From a candidate division Zixibacteria bacterium SM23_73_3 (GTDB lineage Bacteria > Zixibacteria > MSB-5A5 > SM1-73), in the NCBI GenBank assembly GCA_001304155.1, contig LJUX01000003.1, positions 331-64,330 of the forward strand: DNA of 64,000 nucleotides, read 5' to 3'. The notes under the pieces were generated by a model. It was not told the origin of the DNA. It worked only from the letters and a program-made list of their open reading frames with translations, and ran no database searches. Position 1 is the first letter of the stretch. Each line of letters opens with the position of its first letter. Made by a program: the position numbers and the translations under genes. This document shows positions 8,767-17,231 of the stretch, in pieces.

Positions 8767-9819
8767 ATGATCTTCGGAAAAAAAGCAAGGACCGTAGCGG
8801 GGTTAGATATTGGTGCTTCCTCCATTAAGCTGGTGAAGCTGGAGGAGAGATCGGGAAGTTTCGCTCTGACTTCTTTAGGGATGAGAGAACTTCCTCTGGA
8901 GGTTATAGTGGATGAGGAGATCAAAGACAAAGACACCATCATCTTCAATCTCCAGAGTTTGGTGGAGCAATGCGATCCCAAGTTAAAAGAGGTGGCTATA
9001 TCCATCTCTGGACATGGTGTGATTACAGATAAGATCGTCATGGATCAAAAGAGCAAGACGGAGGCAGAGCAGGCAATTCTGTTTGAAGCGGAACAGAGGA
9101 GCCCATTTGATGTGGAAGATGTGACCATGGATTATCACATCGTCAGTGTAAATGAAGAGACCAAAAAGATGGATGTGCTCTTGGTTGCCGCTAGAAACGA
9201 ATTTCTAAATTCCTATGTGGAGCTGATCACAGATGCGGGCTTAAGGCCGGTGATCGTGGACACCGACGCCTTTGCCATACTGAATGCATATGACGTCAAT
9301 TATGAAATTGATCCGGAAAAGGTGACTGCCTTGATGGACATCGGATTCGATACTACCAGTATCACCTTTCTCAAGAACGGGTTGTTTCATTCCACCAGAG
9401 ACTTAGCCAGCGGTGGAAGATTGATCTACAATGCCATAATGAAAGAATTTCGCATAAATCAAGAGCTGGCAACCAAGACCATCAAAGGGGAGATGGGAAC
9501 CTCCATAGATCAGGATATGTTAAGAGCAACCGTGGTCACAGCCTCCGAGGAGTTGATCTCTGGTCTGGAGGTGGCTTTTTCCTATTTCAAATCCACGGCT
9601 AAAGTGCCACAGGTGGATTGGATAGCCCTTTCTGGTGGAGGTGCTCTGATTCCGTTCCTGCCCGAATTCATACAAACAAAATTGAATGTTCCTATTGAGA
9701 TAGCCAACCCGTTGAGAAATATTGAATATGATCCGGACATCTTTAAAAATGTACAACCGGACAAGATTGCGCCACTGTTAACTGTATCAGTAGGGTTAGC
9801 TTCAAGAAAGGCAAAATAA
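8767..9819 (+). CDS. pilM: type IV pilus assembly protein PilM (actin-like ATPase fold)
   Basis: N-terminal GLDIGASSIKLVKL. Length 350 aa. Immediately followed by pilN/pilO/pilQ. Confidence 0.92.
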   Translation: MIFGKKARTVAGLDIGASSIKLVKLEERSGSFALTSLGMRELPLEVIVDEEIKDKDTIIFNLQSLVEQCDPKLKEVAISISGHGVITDKIVMDQKSKTEAEQAILFEAEQRSPFDVEDVTMDYHIVSVNEETKKMDVLLVAARNEFLNSYVELITDAGLRPVIVDTDAFAILNAYDVNYEIDPEKVTALMDIGFDTTSITFLKNGLFHSTRDLASGGRLIYNAIMKEFRINQELATKTIKGEMGTSIDQDMLRATVVTASEELISGLEVAFSYFKSTAKVPQVDWIALSGGGALIPFLPEFIQTKLNVPIEIANPLRNIEYDPDIFKNVQPDKIAPLLTVSVGLASRKAK

Positions 9820-9820
9820 A

Positions 9821-10546
9821 ATGGCTAAAATCGAAATCAATTTACTACCCAGGGAACTGAGAGGAAAAAGGCGAGGTATCGCCTTTGACAGGGGTTTCAC
9901 CCTGATGGCTGCCATTGCCGGGATTCTGGTAGTGTTATTTGTGGGGGTTAATGTGCTTCAAAGCATCAAGCTTAAAGGGTTAAACGATAAGATAGCTGAG
10001 GCACAGAAAAGGACAGACGAGCTTAGAAAAAACATAGAACTGGTGGATGCTTTGACCGAGGTTAAGGACAAGGTCTTGCAGAGGATCTCTGCCATAGAGA
10101 TGCTGGATAGAAACAGAGCAATCTGGGTCAGGGTGCTGGAGGATTTAAGCAAAAGAGTTCCGGATTATTTATGGCTTTCCTTTCTAAGCGAAGAGGAATC
10201 GCAAAATGAAGCAACTTCAGACACAAATTCAGATAGCATCATTATTTCCACCAGGCTTGAACCTCCGATCAAGAAGGTAACCATAGAGGGATATAGTCAT
10301 TCTTTGAATAGCTTGGCTTCATTTCTAATTCAATTAATACGATCACAATATTTTAAGAATATGGAATTGCAATACGCCAAAAGAACAGAGCTCAAGGCAT
10401 ATAAGGGTTTCTCCTTTCAGCTGGTGGGGGATCTTTATTATCTGCCAGAAGTTGAAAGCCCGGTTGCTGACACAGCCATTCATGAACTGGCTTCCGAAAA
10501 CAAAAAGAAAGATTCTAAGATAAATTTAGCCGTAAGGGAGAAATAG
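9821..10546 (+). CDS. pilN: type IV pilus assembly protein PilN
   Basis: INLLPRE motif, single TM, coiled coil. Start is 1 nt after the pilM stop. Confidence 0.88.
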   Translation: MAKIEINLLPRELRGKRRGIAFDRGFTLMAAIAGILVVLFVGVNVLQSIKLKGLNDKIAEAQKRTDELRKNIELVDALTEVKDKVLQRISAIEMLDRNRAIWVRVLEDLSKRVPDYLWLSFLSEEESQNEATSDTNSDSIIISTRLEPPIKKVTIEGYSHSLNSLASFLIQLIRSQYFKNMELQYAKRTELKAYKGFSFQLVGDLYYLPEVESPVADTAIHELASENKKKDSKINLAVREK

Positions 10547-11137
10547 ATGGATTTAAGAGATCCGAAAACACAGAAGTTTCTTTTGGGAGCTTTGGTGGTT
10601 TTCTTAGTGCTTTATTTCTGGTATGCCAGAATTTACTCAAAAAATGCCACCCTGATAGAACAAAAACAGGTTCTGTACGAAAACCTGTTGACCGATTTGA
10701 AGAGTGTGGAGATGAAAGCCAAATCCTTCGAAAACTTAAAAAAGGAATACGAAAAACTTATAGAAAGATATCATAAGGTTGAACGATTACTGCCGGAGGA
10801 GAAGCAGATTCACCTGTTTCTGATGCAAATGCATTCTGCCGCTTCTGCCAATCAAACCGGAATCATCCAGGTCGTTCCTCAGGGTCCAGTTCCCATGAGT
10901 TTTTATAATGTCAACTCTTATGACATAGAGATCACTGGATCATATCATCGTTTGGGAGGCTTCTTGAGCAGTGTCGGCAATTTCCCCTTCTTGACAAACG
11001 TGTCGGGCATGACCATAACCGCACTGCCTCAAGAGGAACAGATTCATGAACAGAAAGATAAGACAATTACTGCATCCATGAAATTGACCACCTACTATGT
11101 TAAGGAAGAGGAAAAGCTCAAGAAAGTAGAATTTTAA
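10547..11137 (+). CDS. pilO: type IV pilus assembly protein PilO
   Basis: TM + coiled coil + C-terminal YDIEITGSYHRLGGFLSSVGNFPFL typical of PilO. Adjacent to the pilN stop. Confidence 0.85.
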   Translation: MDLRDPKTQKFLLGALVVFLVLYFWYARIYSKNATLIEQKQVLYENLLTDLKSVEMKAKSFENLKKEYEKLIERYHKVERLLPEEKQIHLFLMQMHSAASANQTGIIQVVPQGPVPMSFYNVNSYDIEITGSYHRLGGFLSSVGNFPFLTNVSGMTITALPQEEQIHEQKDKTITASMKLTTYYVKEEEKLKKVEF

Positions 11138-11149
11138 AAAGGGTGATAC

Positions 11150-12442
11150 ATGAGAATAAATTATACAAACAAACTATCCGCAGTCATTTTTATATTTCTC
11201 TTTGTCTGGATTTTTGCTTTTACCCCCGATCCAGCCTGGGGAAGTTGCCGAATCGAGAATATCAGTCTAAAGAAGGAAGGAAACTTCACTAAAGTCTGTG
11301 TATATGCGGATAAGCCTTTTGAGTTTTCGCACTCCACAGAGGAGGCAAAGGATGGGAAACCTTACCGGGTGATCATCGACTGTCGGGATGCTGTTTTTGG
11401 TTTGCCCCGGCAGAATTACAAAATGGGGCTTCCGCCAGGCATGATAATGGCTATCCGCACCAGCCAGTTTCAAGCCGTCCCGGAGAGAATTGTCAGAGTG
11501 GTTCTGGATTTGAAAGGTCCGGTGGTCTATAAGGTGATTGACACAGGGATTAGAAAAGAAGCCACCATTGCCGTTTTGACCACTCAGGATCCCGACTTTC
11601 CCATGTGGTCAGCCATAAAAGAAAAAGAGAAGGATCAGGAGATGGCAATGGTAGAGAAGCAGACCGCAGTTCCTTCGACCGCGTCGGGATCCAAAGAGAA
11701 ACTAATATCTGACCAAGAAGAGGACAAAACTCAAAAGGATGTTTCGGCTTCTTCTGCAAAACTGGCTCTGAAATCTACACGGCGAATAAAAGTTGAGGAT
11801 AAAGGAACATCATCTGTCACCAAGTCGGGTTCAAAGCAAAGTTTTACCAAAAGATCTTCTTTGGAAAGGGAGATAAGTCGATATCCGGTTCCATTGGGAC
11901 CTTTTCCGGAAGATGCTTCTTCCCTGGCGGAGGCCAGCGAAGAAACAAAGGTGACAGAGGCTAAGGTGGAGAAGAAGGACGTGCCCTTAGAAACCCTGGG
12001 TTCTGTTCAAAAGGAAATTGGCAAAATCCTGGGTCCTGAACCAGTAGCCGCCAGAGAAACCCAAGCATTGCCGGAGAGCTTGATTTTAATTCAGAGTGCC
12101 CCCCAGTCCGAGCTGAGCTTGATTCCACAAAGAAAGATGATTTGTTACAATTCCGGGAACAAAAGGGATCCCTTCTTGCCGTTAACTGAGAGGCGAGATA
12201 TGAGCTTTGGAGAAGCGCCCCCCCCTCTGTTTGAAAATCTGACGTTGGTGGGAGTCTTAAAGGATGAAGAAGGAAATCGGGCTTTGTTGGAAGATGAGGA
12301 GGGGTTCGGTTATATTCTGATGAGTGGGGACAGAATCAAAAACGGATATGTAATCAGTGTTGAGGACGATAGGGTGATCTTCCATGTGGAGGAATATGGT
12401 GGGTATCAAATAATGGTTTTGGAACTTAACCGGGAATATTAA
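11150..12442 (+). CDS. AMIN-domain protein with long disordered linker and PilP-like C-terminal domain
   Basis: N-terminal AMIN-like beta domain (..KPYRVIIDCRDAVF..ERIVRVVLDLKGPVVYKV). About 170-aa S/E/K-rich linker. C-terminus RDPFLPL..LTLVGVLKDEEGNRALLEDEEGFGYILMSGDRIKNGYVISV resembles PilP. Sits in the pilP position between pilO and pilQ. Confidence 0.7.
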   Translation: MRINYTNKLSAVIFIFLFVWIFAFTPDPAWGSCRIENISLKKEGNFTKVCVYADKPFEFSHSTEEAKDGKPYRVIIDCRDAVFGLPRQNYKMGLPPGMIMAIRTSQFQAVPERIVRVVLDLKGPVVYKVIDTGIRKEATIAVLTTQDPDFPMWSAIKEKEKDQEMAMVEKQTAVPSTASGSKEKLISDQEEDKTQKDVSASSAKLALKSTRRIKVEDKGTSSVTKSGSKQSFTKRSSLEREISRYPVPLGPFPEDASSLAEASEETKVTEAKVEKKDVPLETLGSVQKEIGKILGPEPVAARETQALPESLILIQSAPQSELSLIPQRKMICYNSGNKRDPFLPLTERRDMSFGEAPPPLFENLTLVGVLKDEEGNRALLEDEEGFGYILMSGDRIKNGYVISVEDDRVIFHVEEYGGYQIMVLELNREY

Positions 12443-12456
12443 AAGAGAGGTAACTT

Positions 12457-13821
12457 ATGAGAAAGATCTTTCAAAAGAACAGATGGCTCAGATGGAGCGG
12501 AACGCTTGGAAGAGTCTGCCTGACCCTGGGGATATTGGTTTTTGTTTTGGTGTGGGCAGGGGAGATCCTTGCGGAGCCTTCTCAATCAGGGAAAGACGAT
12601 AAGATCATAACCGCAATAAACCTACAAAATGCGGCTATGCATTCGGTTTTGAGCTTTTTGGCTGATTATGGAGGGGTCAACATCGTGGCTTCACCTTCGG
12701 TGGAAGCTTCCGTGACCTTGACCTTGCAGGATGTGACCTGGCGACAGGCCTTAGATATCTTGTTGAAAACATACAATCTGAGCGGAGTGGAGGAGAAAGG
12801 TTTTATCCGGGTGCTTCCTACCCGGGAGTTCCTCCAGGAGCAGGCACTTTTGGAAAAGCATCGAGCAGATCAAACTGCAATGGTTCCCCTGGAGACGGCG
12901 GTTATTCCGGTGGAGCACGGGACGGCTAAAGATATGGTGAAATCGATCAAAACGATAATTTCCCAGAGAGGAACCATCGATACAGACGATCGCACCAACT
13001 CTCTGGTCATCCGGGATACGCCTGAGCATATCGATAAAGTCAAGCGGCTGGTCAGCACATTGGACAAGGAGACCAATCAGATCAAGATATCGGCTCAACT
13101 TCTGGAGATCGAATCCGGTGCCATGACCGAACTGGGGATCAACTGGTCCATGGTCTCCAGAAAAAGTGCTCAGCTTCTGGAAGGGGACAAGACCGAAGGA
13201 AGTTTTTCCCAGCTTACTGACCGGGTGAGCGATCCCACCGCCACCTATACCTTCGCCACGGTTCAGGGGGATTTTGACATAGAAGGGGTGGTTTCCGCCA
13301 TGGTCTCCAGCAACAAGGGGAAGATAATTGCCCATCCTGAGATAACCACAGTGGACAATCGAGAGGCTTTTATTCAGATGGGTCAGAAGATCCCCATCAA
13401 ACAATTCGATGAGGCAGGAAATGTAGTGATACAGTTCGAAGAGATAGGAACCATCCTGCGAGTTACTCCGCACATCACCTCAGAGAACCGGATACTTCTA
13501 AAACTCAAGCCGGAGCGCAGTTCCTATACCTTCGATGCCAATGGAGTTATCATTAACACCAATAATGCTGAGACCAATGTGGTGGTGGATAATGGTCAAA
13601 CTGCCGTGATAGGGGGTTTAACCACTCAGGTGGAGATGAAGACCCGCGTCGGACTTCCAATACTAAAAGATATACCACTGTTGGGTTATCTTTTCCGATA
13701 TACTCGAACAGAGATAGCCAATCGCGACTTGGTCATCTTTGTCACTCCTACCATAGTTACGGATGAGTTGCACGGCATGGGTTCAATCCATCAGCCGGAT
13801 GAAGGTTCAAGCCATGAATAA
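12457..13821 (+). CDS. pilQ: type IV pilus secretin PilQ
   Basis: N-terminal secretin/STN-like domain (INLQNAAMHSVLSFLADYGGVNIVASP). C-terminal secretin core (VVVDNGQTAVIGGL..LPILKDIPLLGYLFR..LVIFVTPTIV). Confidence 0.93.
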   Translation: MRKIFQKNRWLRWSGTLGRVCLTLGILVFVLVWAGEILAEPSQSGKDDKIITAINLQNAAMHSVLSFLADYGGVNIVASPSVEASVTLTLQDVTWRQALDILLKTYNLSGVEEKGFIRVLPTREFLQEQALLEKHRADQTAMVPLETAVIPVEHGTAKDMVKSIKTIISQRGTIDTDDRTNSLVIRDTPEHIDKVKRLVSTLDKETNQIKISAQLLEIESGAMTELGINWSMVSRKSAQLLEGDKTEGSFSQLTDRVSDPTATYTFATVQGDFDIEGVVSAMVSSNKGKIIAHPEITTVDNREAFIQMGQKIPIKQFDEAGNVVIQFEEIGTILRVTPHITSENRILLKLKPERSSYTFDANGVIINTNNAETNVVVDNGQTAVIGGLTTQVEMKTRVGLPILKDIPLLGYLFRYTRTEIANRDLVIFVTPTIVTDELHGMGSIHQPDEGSSHE

Positions 13822-13905
13822 TGGACTTTCTATTTCTAAAGAACATTGATACTTTGATAACTACACAGAGATAGAAGACAAGAGAAGTTTTGCTGATTTA
13901 TGATC

Positions 13906-13939
13906 ATAGGCGACCAGAAAGGTCGCCTATAGTCTTTTC
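13906..13939 (+). terminator. hairpin after pilQ (ATAGGCGACC-agaaa-GGTCGCCTAT) with short T-run
   Basis: Perfect 10-bp stem. The downstream T-run is only 4 nt, so terminator strength is uncertain. Confidence 0.5.
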
Positions 13940-14379
13940 AAGCCAAAGATACTCTCTTTCACCGCCATAAGATTTCTTTCGCTATAGTGACACAAAGGTT
14001 AAAAGCCCCCTGCAGGCAGGTTGTATTAACACTCGAATTCAATTAACCTCTTGAGCATTTACCACAGAGGCTTTGGGGGAATCTTGGTTTGGTTTGCCCT
14101 TGGACAAAACCACTTTTCTTCTTTTATTCAACCGGTATCTCTATCCCATTCTTCTCGTCCACTATATGCCACAAAGGCTTACGAATTTTCTTCTAGCAAT
14201 GTTATTTTCCCTTGACTTTTTGATTGGATGTGATTTTCTTTTTGGTATAACATCAAGTGTATCTACCGATCGCATACAAAAAGACGCTGAGCCAATCAAA
14301 TAAGAGCTGAGTTGGATCTTTAGAGAGGAAGGAATGACTCTTTTAAGTATTGAAAAGATGTCAAAAACTGGAGGGGAAA

Positions 14380-15879
14380 ATGGATCTTACCCAGAAAAGG
14401 AAGGCAGTATTTCTGGCTACCTTTACCGGTTTGCTTAACGCCGCCATGGCAAACGATGCCATTCGGGGGATGATACTGAAGAAGACAGGTAAGAAGATAT
14501 ATGAGCTGTTTGTGGAAATAAACCCTCTTAAGCGTCCGCGTAAGGTGCAGGAGGACAAATACCTGGTCACCAGGAACCTGTTGTATGCCGTGGATAAGGC
14601 TTTGAAGAATAAGAACATCTCCCCCCGGGTGAGGAAAGGACTTTTGAAGGTGCTGTTAGGAAATATATTTTTGGGAGTAGAGTTCCAGAAGTTTGGGCAG
14701 GAGCATGGCTTTAATCCACCCGGCTTTCTGACCATCAGCCCTGGCGCCGCCTGCAATCTTCATTGTGACCAGTGTTATGCCGGTAATTTAACTCAATCAC
14801 AGGATAAGCTTGAATTCGATCTGGTGGATCAGATAATCGCCGATAAGACCAGAAACTGGGGTTCGTTTTTCACCGTCATCTCCGGCGGAGAGCCGTTTAT
14901 GTGGAAAAGCCAGGGAAAGGACATTCTGGACCTGACAGAAAAACATAATGATAACTATTTTTTGATCTTCACCAACGGGACTTTGATAGATATGAAAAGA
15001 GCGGAAAGGATGGCAAATCAGGGAAATGTTACGCCAGCTATCTCGGTCGAAGGCTTTGAGGAGGAGACGGACAAAAGAAGAGGAAAGGGGGTTTATAAAA
15101 GGATTCTTCAAGCAATGGAAAACTTAAGAGAAGTGGGAGTTCCTTTTGGCATATCTCTGACCGCCACCAAGGATAATGCGGAGCTTCTCCTCTCAGATGA
15201 ATTCATTGATTTTTATTTCAATCAGCAAGGGACAATCTACGGCTGGATATTCCAATACATGCCCATCGGGTGCAAGTTCACCTTAGACCTTTTGATCACA
15301 CCGGAGCAGAGGCTGAACATGTATTTAAGAGAAAGAGAGCTGATTGAGAAGCACAAGCTATTCATTGCTGATTTCTGGAACTCCGGTTCGATCAGCGACG
15401 GCTGTTTGTGTGCCGGCAGAACAGGGGGATACTTTTACATCGATTGGAACGGCAATGTGATGCCTTGTGTTTTCACGCCCTATTCCACGCATAACATAAA
15501 AGAGATATACTCAAATGGTGGAAACATAGATACGGTTCTGGATACCCCATTTCTAAAAGCGGTTCGCAAATGGCAAACAGAATATGGCTATATGCAACCT
15601 TCCCACCAGGTGGGCAATGAAATCGTTCCCTGTCCCATCCGGGATCATCATCGACGCTTTTTCCAGATTGTAAAGGAAAACCAGGCCAAACCTGTCAATG
15701 CCGAAGCGGCGGAGGCTTTGGAGGCGGCAGATTTTGTGGAAGATCTTTGCAGGTACGGAGAAAAGGTGGCAAAGCTCACCGACCCAATCTGGGACAGGGA
15801 ATACCTGGAACCGGAAAGGAAAGGTTTGTCTAAGAGTGAACGTGCACAGGATAAATCCATAGGAAAAGCCAGCGGATGA
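14380..15879 (+). CDS. radical SAM protein with C-terminal Cys-rich (SPASM/twitch-like) region
   Basis: CNLHCDQCYAG (CxxxCxxC). GGEPF motif. C-terminal DGCLCAGRTGGYFYIDWNGNVMPCVF and PCPIRDH. Start set at ATG 14380 (GGAGGGG SD) rather than the ORF-track TTG 14350. Confidence 0.85.
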   Translation: MDLTQKRKAVFLATFTGLLNAAMANDAIRGMILKKTGKKIYELFVEINPLKRPRKVQEDKYLVTRNLLYAVDKALKNKNISPRVRKGLLKVLLGNIFLGVEFQKFGQEHGFNPPGFLTISPGAACNLHCDQCYAGNLTQSQDKLEFDLVDQIIADKTRNWGSFFTVISGGEPFMWKSQGKDILDLTEKHNDNYFLIFTNGTLIDMKRAERMANQGNVTPAISVEGFEEETDKRRGKGVYKRILQAMENLREVGVPFGISLTATKDNAELLLSDEFIDFYFNQQGTIYGWIFQYMPIGCKFTLDLLITPEQRLNMYLRERELIEKHKLFIADFWNSGSISDGCLCAGRTGGYFYIDWNGNVMPCVFTPYSTHNIKEIYSNGGNIDTVLDTPFLKAVRKWQTEYGYMQPSHQVGNEIVPCPIRDHHRRFFQIVKENQAKPVNAEAAEALEAADFVEDLCRYGEKVAKLTDPIWDREYLEPERKGLSKSERAQDKSIGKASG

Positions 15880-15921
15880 GATCAGCAATTGCACCTGGCA
15901 CAAAATGAGAATGCTTGGTAG

Positions 15922-15963
15922 AGTCGGAGTTCACCCTGAAGGGCTTGCCTCCGACTTTTTTTC
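15922..15963 (+). terminator. rho-independent terminator of the radical SAM gene
   Basis: AGTCGGAG..(19-nt loop containing CCCTgaAGGG)..CTCCGACT followed by TTTTTTT. Confidence 0.8.
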
Positions 15964-15990
15964 ATTTCCATCTTTTTTTGATTTCCACCC

Positions 15991-16613
15991 CGCAGGCTGA
16001 CATTCGTCCTGTCCTTCGGTCCTGCACTTCGTCTCCCGCCAAAGGCGGGATGTCGAAGGAAAGGACTCAGTCCGTAGGAAGCCTGCGGCTACCCAGCCCT
16101 CCCCTTTTGGTATGAACCGTTTAGTGAATTCCTATCTCACACAAACTGGACAATTTGTCTTTTTTCGGTTCTGTCAGGTCTTGCCCGTCTTTGGCGGGTG
16201 TGACCTGACAGTCCGGCTATCAGTACCAGTAGGTCAGCTGCCCCGTGCTCCTGACACTATTCATTTGTCAGGTGCTCGTATGAGCCCGTCTGGGCGCAGG
16301 GCACCTGAGCTACACGACTTGCGTGCATGATTGGGCAAGGGTTTAAATGCCCTTCAGGGTGAACCCTGCTCTATGAGTCTGTTCTCGTTACGTACCATAG
16401 CGGCTGGAATTTATGCCGCCGCCAGTATGAACCTCACCCTAACCCTCTCCATAAAAAGGAGAGGGAACATTCCACGCCACCCTCTTCTCAATGTCCACTC
16501 ACAGGCTGAAGCTCATTTGAGTCAACTGACCTGCGGCTACCCACCCTTTCCCCTTTTGGTATGAACCGTTTAGTGAATTCCTATCTCACACAAACTGGAC
16601 AATTTGTCTTTTC
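15991..16613. repeat. cluster of nested GC-rich hairpins with an 83-nt direct repeat (16082-16164 and 16530-16613)
   Basis: The last 64 nt of the two copies are identical. Multiple 7-10 bp stems are listed in the findings. ORFs across the repeats are frame-shifted relative to each other. Confidence 0.8.
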
Positions 16614-16801
16614 TCAAATGTTGCTTTTTCAACCCACCGCAATCCATATAGCTAACCAAGGATTGGGAATATTTTTCCCTCGGTTTCAGGAAGTTTTTTC
16701 CTAATTGCCTTTTTCCTGCCTTTAATCAGTATCTGATCCAAACGGGTTAATTCATTGCACCTCATATAATTCCGTTCAGAAACTTCCCACCTATAAAGCT
16801 T

Positions 16802-16817
16802 TGGCACAAAGTTTGCA
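16802..16817 (+). promoter_or_regulatory. consensus sigma54 promoter upstream of fliA
   Basis: TGGCAC-aaagt-TTGCA is an exact match to TGGCAC-N5-TTGCA, on the + strand, 415 nt upstream of the fliA ATG. Confidence 0.6.
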
Positions 16818-17231
16818 AAAGTTTTCAAAGTTGTATGAAGATGGCGGCTCTAAAAACTAAATGGAACTGAAAGAATTGGAGAAGCGCTTGACTTACAATT
16901 TTGCTTCACGATTAAACAAACCTCTGGTATCGAAATTTAGCTCTACATTGGTTGCATTGTTTAAATCGATTCCTAAGAACCAAAATCATTTGATCTCCAT
17001 ACATCTGAAATTCAACTTCTTGCAAGAACTTTGCCTATTGCACTTACCTTTTCATTGTTCAAAGCTTTGCATGACTCTCCTTGTAAAACTAAAGAACCCA
17101 CCAATAAGAGGCGATATAAATCAAGTTACCCGCTTTTTTTCGCTTTTTCAGCCAAATTTTAAAAACGGATGGGATGCATATGGCAATGTGCGTCCGGGGA
17201 GTTTAAACCTTCACGAAGTGAGGTAGAGTAA

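Noticed and set aside
12751-13473. Long antisense ORFs inside well-supported genes. Examples: 12751..13473 in pilQ, 46629..47192 in xseA, 61246..61677 in gpsA, 35214..35588 across pheS/pheT, 19776..20303 in the PilZ gene, and 29176..29520 in the DJ-1 gene.
   Set aside because: Each lies opposite a gene with clear family motifs. They lack SDs and have biased, Ser/Pro/Arg-rich or otherwise non-protein-like compositions. They are typical shadow ORFs.
14073-14303. 76-aa TTG-initiated ORF upstream of the radical SAM gene, considered as a possible precursor or partner.
   Set aside because: Very hydrophobic and low-complexity, no SD, and embedded in AT-rich promoter-like DNA. No support.
16044-16080. 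GGA-rich stretch (cgAAGGAAAGGActcagtccgtAGGAAg), considered as a CsrA-sequestering sRNA given csrA 8 kb away.
   Set aside because: There are only three or four GGA motifs, not clearly presented in hairpin loops, and there is no repeated A(N)GGA stem-loop array. FliW-type CsrA systems are not known to use sponge sRNAs. The evidence is too thin to report as a finding.
15915-16564. Three consecutive small ORFs (66, 72 and 77 aa) downstream of a radical SAM/SPASM gene. I considered them as RiPP precursor peptides, since two end in ..PLLV*.
   Set aside because: The shared ending comes from the 83-nt DNA repeat. A 1-nt indel puts the upstream parts in different frames (SLRLPSPPLLV versus LTCGYPPFPLLV). 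There are no SDs. The ORFs run through obvious hairpin and terminator sequences. The conservation is at the nucleotide level, not the peptide level.
16082-16613. CRISPR-like array or integron cassette interpretation of the 449-bp periodic repeat.
   Set aside because: There are only two copies. The repeat length (83 nt) and spacer length (365 nt) are outside CRISPR ranges. No cas or intI genes are in the window.
15991-16620. Whether the structured region is a known large RNA: RNase P RNA, tmRNA, SRP RNA or a group II intron.
   Set aside because: I could not find the diagnostic motifs on either strand. These are GAGGAAAGUCC/ACAGAACCCGGCUUA for RNase P, a tRNA-like TpsiC arm with CCA and a tag ORF for tmRNA, GUCAGGUCCGGAAGGAAGCAGC for SRP, and a GUGCG 5' end plus domain V for a group II intron. 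There is no RT or maturase ORF nearby. This is an eye-scan only, and a covariance-model search is still needed.
16861-17226. 121-aa ORF filling the gap between the sigma54 promoter and fliA.
   Set aside because: No SD. The composition is typical of translated AT-rich spacer (L/F/K/N-rich, several Cys/His runs). No recognisable family. It may still be real, so it is mentioned under the promoter finding instead.
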